Assembly: GCA_963761305.1 (NCBI GenBank)
Contig: CAVXGK010000001.1
Coordinates: forward strand, 896,001 to 960,000
DNA from: an uncultured Gemmatimonadaceae bacterium
GTDB lineage: Bacteria > Gemmatimonadota > Gemmatimonadetes > Gemmatimonadales > Gemmatimonadaceae
Length of the DNA: 64,000 nucleotides
Direction of reading: 5' to 3'
This document shows, piece by piece, positions 59,374 to 64,000 of this stretch. The notes beneath the pieces were generated by a model. It had not been told where the DNA came from and made no database searches. It saw only the letters and a program-made list of their open reading frames with translations. The translations under genes and the position numbers were made by a program. Position 1 is the first letter of the stretch, and each line of letters starts with the position of its first letter.

Positions 59374-62300
59374 CTAGGCGGCGAGGGTCGCCAACAGGCT
59401 CATTCGTACGTTGGTGAGGCGTTGAACCGCGCCGGTGAGGCCGAACGCCTGGACCTCGGGAACGAGGCGATCGATAAGCGCGACCAACGGCGCCTCCGCT
59501 GAGCGCAGGGACGGCGCGCACTCGGCGACGAGGTACGCAGCCAGATACATGTCGTGCCGCCCCGCGAGGTCCACCGCCTCGGCGAGAAGGCGCATGGCAT
59601 GCGCGTCGTCGTTGCGCTCCGCGGCGAGACGAATCCTCAGCGCGTCGACGAGGTCACGTCCGTGGAACCACCATCCCGGCCGCGTTTCGACGTTCGCGCG
59701 GATCCACCGCATCGCGTCTTCACCGACCGACCGCGCGCCGACCGCCAGCGCGGCCAACGCCTGACCGGCGCGTGCGCCTAGCTCCATATCCGGCTGGCCG
59801 ATCCGCGCGGCGACCGCCATGACCTGCTCGTAGAGCGCCGACGCCGTGGTCCAATCCTCGGCTTCCCGGGCGAGGTGCGCCATGTTGAACAACGTCAACA
59901 GCCGGTCCGACTCGTTCGACGATTCGGAGAAGCGCTCGAGCGCGTCGTCATAGCATTCGCCGGCCGCCGCGAGCTGTCCGCGGCGCAAATGCAGCAGTCC
60001 GAGGTTGAGCGATGCGAGGCCGGCGAGATCGACCGCCTGCGCGGATTGCGCCGTCTCCAGCGCCTGATCGTACGCCGCCGCCGCCGCGGCCATGTCGCCG
60101 GCGCGCTGGTGGATCCTGCCGATGTGGATCTGGCAGCGCGCTTCACCGCTGCGATCGCCGGCCGCATGGAACAGCGCGACCGCGCGACCGAAGAACTGCT
60201 GCGCGTCGGACGCGTTGTCCTCCATGATCGCGCTGCCGAGCCGCGTGAGCGATTCGGCAAGGAGACGCGGATCGTTCGCCGACTGCGCCGCCGTCACCGC
60301 TTCGCGCGCGACCCGTTCCGCGATCGCGCTCTCGCCGAGTCGATCCTGGCACTGCGAGATCATGGTGAGCAGCGCCGACTCCTCGGCGCGATCGCCCAGC
60401 GCGCGCGCCTTGTCCAGCAGCTCGGTGCAGACGGCGATCGTCGCTCGCGCCGGACGTCCTTGCAGAGAGCGCGTCCGCTCGCGCATGCGGCGAAGCGCGA
60501 GCACGGTGTGGTCGTCCGCGCTGCCCGCCAGCGCGGCGAGCGCGCGGTCGCAGAGCTCCTCCGTCAGCGCGTGACGACCTTCGAGCTCCGACACCTCGGC
60601 CAGCCCGAGCAGCGCGCTCGCGCGTTCGCCCGGCGTGACGGCCGCGCGTTCGGCGATCTCGAAGAAACGGCGCGCTTCGGATTGTCCGTACATGGCGAGC
60701 GCTTCGCGGCCGGCGATCATCGCGTGCGGATACGCTTTGCGCGGCAGGCCGGCGTGCTCGTAATGCACGGCGATGGCCGACGCGCGCTCCGGATTGCTCT
60801 GTTCCATCGCGGCGCCGACGCGTTCGTTGATGCGCGCGAGCCGGCGCGGATTGATCGACCGTCGCACCGCGTCGACGAGGAGGCCGTGGGTGAACTCGAA
60901 TTCGGATCCGCTCGAGTCGATCGCGTGGAGGACGGCGTGCTCGATGCCCTCGTCGAGCGCGTCGAGCACTTCGTCTTCGGTGCCGGCGCCGGCGGCCACC
61001 GCGAGGTCGATGTCGAACACGCGGCCGATCACGGCGGCGGTGTTGAGGATCGACCGCGCGTCGGGACTGAGCCGGTCGAGGCGCCGGCCCATCAAGTCGC
61101 TCAGCGCCGTCGTCAGCTCGCGCGACGGTTCCGACCACAGACCCCAGCGTCCGTGCTCGAATCGCACGACGCCGGCGTCGATCAGAATGCGCACGACTTG
61201 CGTCGCGAGAAGTGGATTGCCCTCGGAGTATCGCTGCAGAAACGCATCGAGCTCGCGGCTCGCTTCGCCGCCGAACACACCGGCCAGCCACTGGCGCACG
61301 TCGCCGTCCGCCAAACGCGAGACCGGGATCTCGTTGAATCGTTCGTCGCGCAGCAAGCGGTTCCGGCGCTCGAGCGCTTCGCCGCGCATATCCTCGCTGC
61401 GCATCGTGAGGCAGAGGAGCACATGCTCCATCTCGAGTTGCGACATCACGTGCTCGACGACGTCCCACGTCGCCGTGTCGGACCACTGCATGTCGTCGAG
61501 CAGGACGATCACCGGATTCGTCTCCGCGGCGAGCCGCAGATACTCGACGATCTCGTTGAGCAACGCGTAGCGGTTCGGCTCCGGAGCGAGCGAGAGGTGG
61601 GACATCGACGGCACGAGGCGCGGCAGCTCGCGCCAGTCGCGCGCACTGACGATGCCGAGCGATTCGATCGCGGCGATCACTTCGGCCCACGGCGCGTACG
61701 GCGGCTTGTTGCCGGCCTCGCTGCACTGGCCCGACACGAGGCACCCCGCGCGCAAGCGCGCCTCGCTGGCCAGCCGTCGCACGAGCGACGACTTGCCGAC
61801 GCCGGCTTCGCCGACCACCGATACCAGCTGCGGCCCGTTCTCGACCGCCTCGAGAATGCGGAGCAATCGTTTGCTCTCGCTCTCGCGGCCGACGAACTGC
61901 TTGAGGTTGAGCGCCGGCCCCTGCGACGTCTGGTCGCCTTCCACCGCCGACACCACCGTATCGCGACCGCGCCGCTTCGCTTCATACAGCGCGCGATCGG
62001 CGACGGCGAACAGCGCGTCGAAGTCGCGGTGTTCCGAGCGCGCGCCGGCGACGCCGATCGATAGCGTGGCCGAGGTGGACCCCGAGCGTTCGCGCAACGG
62101 AATCGACGTGCGGCGAACCGTGGCGCGAATTCGCTCGGCCAGCTCGCCCGCTTCGTCGATCGCCGCATGCGGCAGCAGAATGACGAATTCGTCGCCCGCG
62201 TATCGCCCGATGATGCCCGACGACGCGGCGAGCTCGCGCAGCGTGCCGGCGATGACGCGCAACACGACGTCGCCCTGGAGATGGCCGTGCTGGTCGTTCA

Positions 62301-64000
62301 CCTGCTTGAACTCGTCGACGTCGAGCACGATGAGCGACATCGTCGCGAACGGTCCGCGTTCGCCGAGGATGGTGTTCGCGATCTCGACGAAGGGCCGACG
62401 CGTGAGGAGGCCGGTGAGATCGTCGGACGGACCGTTCACGCGCAGCTCGCGCGCCGGCGTGACGCGGTGCTCGGGCGCCGGCTTGGCGTGCACGATCGCG
62501 CGCTGCCGCATCGACGGCGCCCGCGTGCGCATGAGCTCTTCGAACATCGCGAACAGCGCCGGATCGAACTGCCCGATGTCGGCACGCATCACGTCGAGCG
62601 CGGCTTCGTGCGACAGGGCACCCTTGTAGCTGCGCTTGGACATGAGCGCGTCGTAGACATCAGCGATGCACAACATGCGCGCCGCGCACGGAATCGCGTC
62701 GCCGGCGAGCGCGTCGGGATATCCCTGCCCGTCCCAACGCTCGTGGTGCGACCGCACCATCGGCGCCACTGCGGCCGGGAACTCCATTTCCGTGAGCATC
62801 TCCACGCCCGCCACCGGATGGCGCTTGATCAGCTCCCACTCGTCGGGCGCCAGTTTGCCCGGCTTGTTCAGAACATCCGACGGGATGATCAACTTGCCGA
62901 TGTCGTGCAGGGTGGCGCCCATGCGGAACCAGAACAGCTCGCGCGATTCACATCCGTCGCGAATGGCGAGCGCGCACGCCAGGTCGGCGACGCGTTCGCA
63001 GTGCCCTTGCGTGTGGCGATCCTTCGACTCGATCGACCCCGACCAGTGCCGCGCGACCTCGAGGAACTGGCGCTCGAGTCGCGCCACGTGGCGATCGAGG
63101 TCCAGCACCACGCGCGTCGCCGCGAGCTCCATCAGAATGCGATGCCCGCGGTTGAGATGGATCAGCGCGTCGCGCAGCCGGCCTTGCTTGCGGCACGTCT
63201 CGGCGTGTTCGCGCGCCGTCTCGGCGGAGAGGAGCGAGTCGCGGCGTTCGACGGCGATTTGTCGCGCGCGCTCGAAATGCTCTTCGGCCTGGCCCAGCTC
63301 TCCGGTCTCGCGGGCGATCGTTCCGAGATGCTTCTCGATCTCACCGAGCGCGTCGGACTCCGGCACTCGCGCTGCGAGCGCGCGCGCCGTCTCGCACGCC
63401 GCGCCGGCGGCGACGAAGTCGGCGCGCGCGATCTCCAACGCCGCGCGCTGCGCCTGAATGCGGACGCGTTCGGCCATGTCGCCGAGCGCGTCGGCGATCT
63501 GCGCCCCTTCGTCGAACGCGCGGGCTGAATCTTCCCAGCACTCGAGCTCGATGCAGAGCTGCCCCATCCCGCGAAGCGACGCGAGCACCTCTTTCGGGAC
63601 GCCGAGCGCTCGATACTCGGCGAGGCTCGCGCGGTGGTGGCGCAGCGCCTTTTCGTGATCGCCGCGCACGAGCGCGATCATTCCCAGGCTCTCGGCTGCC
63701 ATCGCGGCGAGGCGAGTGTCCTGGGTGGTGAGCGCGCGCGAGCGGGTCTCGATGTAGAGCGATTCGGCGCGGTCGAGCTGGCCGAGCCGCCGATGCACGC
63801 CGGCCTGCTCGTGATACGCCTTGCCGATTTCCGCGTAATCGTCGGCCAGTTCGGCGATCGTCAGCGCCGTGTCGAACGCGTCGAAGGCGGCGTCGACGTC
63901 TCCGGCGTCGTGGTACAGACGGCCGATCCACCGCAGCAGGGCAGCCGCCTGCGGCGCGTCAGGCCGACTCTCGAGCGAAAACAGCGCCCGCTCGTAGAGC
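59374..64000 (-). CDS. Large signalling protein: TPR - HD-GYP - GGDEF - STAND ATPase - TPR (5' end outside window)
   Basis: The frame is open to the window edge. HD-GYP motifs HCERVA, LHDIGK and HHERWDGQGYP; GGDEF motifs DDLTGL, DVDEFKQVND and RYAGDEF; ATPase motifs FVGRESE, GEAGVGKS, LDDMQWSD and GNPL. Confidence 0.9.
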   Translation of the reverse strand, partial: LYERALFSLESRPDAPQAAALLRWIGRLYHDAGDVDAAFDAFDTALTIAELADDYAEIGKAYHEQAGVHRRLGQLDRAESLYIETRSRALTTQDTRLAAMAAESLGMIALVRGDHEKALRHHRASLAEYRALGVPKEVLASLRGMGQLCIELECWEDSARAFDEGAQIADALGDMAERVRIQAQRAALEIARADFVAAGAACETARALAARVPESDALGEIEKHLGTIARETGELGQAEEHFERARQIAVERRDSLLSAETAREHAETCRKQGRLRDALIHLNRGHRILMELAATRVVLDLDRHVARLERQFLEVARHWSGSIESKDRHTQGHCERVADLACALAIRDGCESRELFWFRMGATLHDIGKLIIPSDVLNKPGKLAPDEWELIKRHPVAGVEMLTEMEFPAAVAPMVRSHHERWDGQGYPDALAGDAIPCAARMLCIADVYDALMSKRSYKGALSHEAALDVMRADIGQFDPALFAMFEELMRTRAPSMRQRAIVHAKPAPEHRVTPARELRVNGPSDDLTGLLTRRPFVEIANTILGERGPFATMSLIVLDVDEFKQVNDQHGHLQGDVVLRVIAGTLRELAASSGIIGRYAGDEFVILLPHAAIDEAGELAERIRATVRRTSIPLRERSGSTSATLSIGVAGARSEHRDFDALFAVADRALYEAKRRGRDTVVSAVEGDQTSQGPALNLKQFVGRESESKRLLRILEAVENGPQLVSVVGEAGVGKSSLVRRLASEARLRAGCLVSGQCSEAGNKPPYAPWAEVIAAIESLGIVSARDWRELPRLVPSMSHLSLAPEPNRYALLNEIVEYLRLAAETNPVIVLLDDMQWSDTATWDVVEHVMSQLEMEHVLLCLTMRSEDMRGEALERRNRLLRDERFNEIPVSRLADGDVRQWLAGVFGGEASRELDAFLQRYSEGNPLLATQVVRILIDAGVVRFEHGRWGLWSEPSRELTTALSDLMGRRLDRLSPDARSILNTAAVIGRVFDIDLAVAAGAGTEDEVLDALDEGIEHAVLHAIDSSGSEFEFTHGLLVDAVRRSINPRRLARINERVGAAMEQSNPERASAIAVHYEHAGLPRKAYPHAMIAGREALAMYGQSEARRFFEIAERAAVTPGERASALLGLAEVSELEGRHALTEELCDRALAALAGSADDHTVLALRRMRERTRSLQGRPARATIAVCTELLDKARALGDRAEESALLTMISQCQDRLGESAIAERVAREAVTAAQSANDPRLLAESLTRLGSAIMEDNASDAQQFFGRAVALFHAAGDRSGEARCQIHIGRIHQRAGDMAAAAAAYDQALETAQSAQAVDLAGLASLNLGLLHLRRGQLAAAGECYDDALERFSESSNESDRLLTLFNMAHLAREAEDWTTASALYEQVMAVAARIGQPDMELGARAGQALAALAVGARSVGEDAMRWIRANVETRPGWWFHGRDLVDALRIRLAAERNDDAHAMRLLAEAVDLAGRHDMYLAAYLVAECAPSLRSAEAPLVALIDRLVPEVQAFGLTGAVQRLTNVRMSLLATLAA

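Overview
GC-rich bacterial chromosomal window; gene content and protein style suggest Gemmatimonadota, which is my inference and was not tested. Most of it is housekeeping or envelope biology: heme synthesis and cytochrome c maturation (hemC, cobA-hemD, ccmABCD), acs, VKOR-DsbA, a CDP-alcohol phosphatidyltransferase, M28/M16/M20/S9 peptidases, psuG, a kynureninase-like gene with an APC permease, an Xre/RES toxin-antitoxin pair, a TetR-TolC-HlyD-ABC efflux operon, acnA, moeB, LVIVD+DUF305, glycerate kinase and aguB/aguA. I found no rRNA, tRNA, CRISPR array or transposase. Main observations: (1) an exported peroxiredoxin that the ORF track splits at an in-frame TGA at the peroxidatic-Cys position, followed by a SECIS-like hairpin, so probably a selenoprotein; (2) a locus between acnA and moeB where a membrane-spanning SARP/BTAD-TPR regulator faces an exported OmpA protein, a signal-peptide-bearing protein resembling tandem Hcp domains, and a coiled-coil secreted protein; (3) a sortase with both catalytic His and Cys replaced, coupled to a tiny protein with degenerate sorting motifs; (4) a giant TPR-HD-GYP-GGDEF-STAND-TPR protein next to a sigma54-type ATPase lacking GAFTGA; (5) a patatin-ferredoxin fusion; (6) REP/MITE-like repeats at convergent gene junctions; (7) several further apparent pseudo-enzymes. 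Family assignments come from reading motifs by eye; no searches were run.
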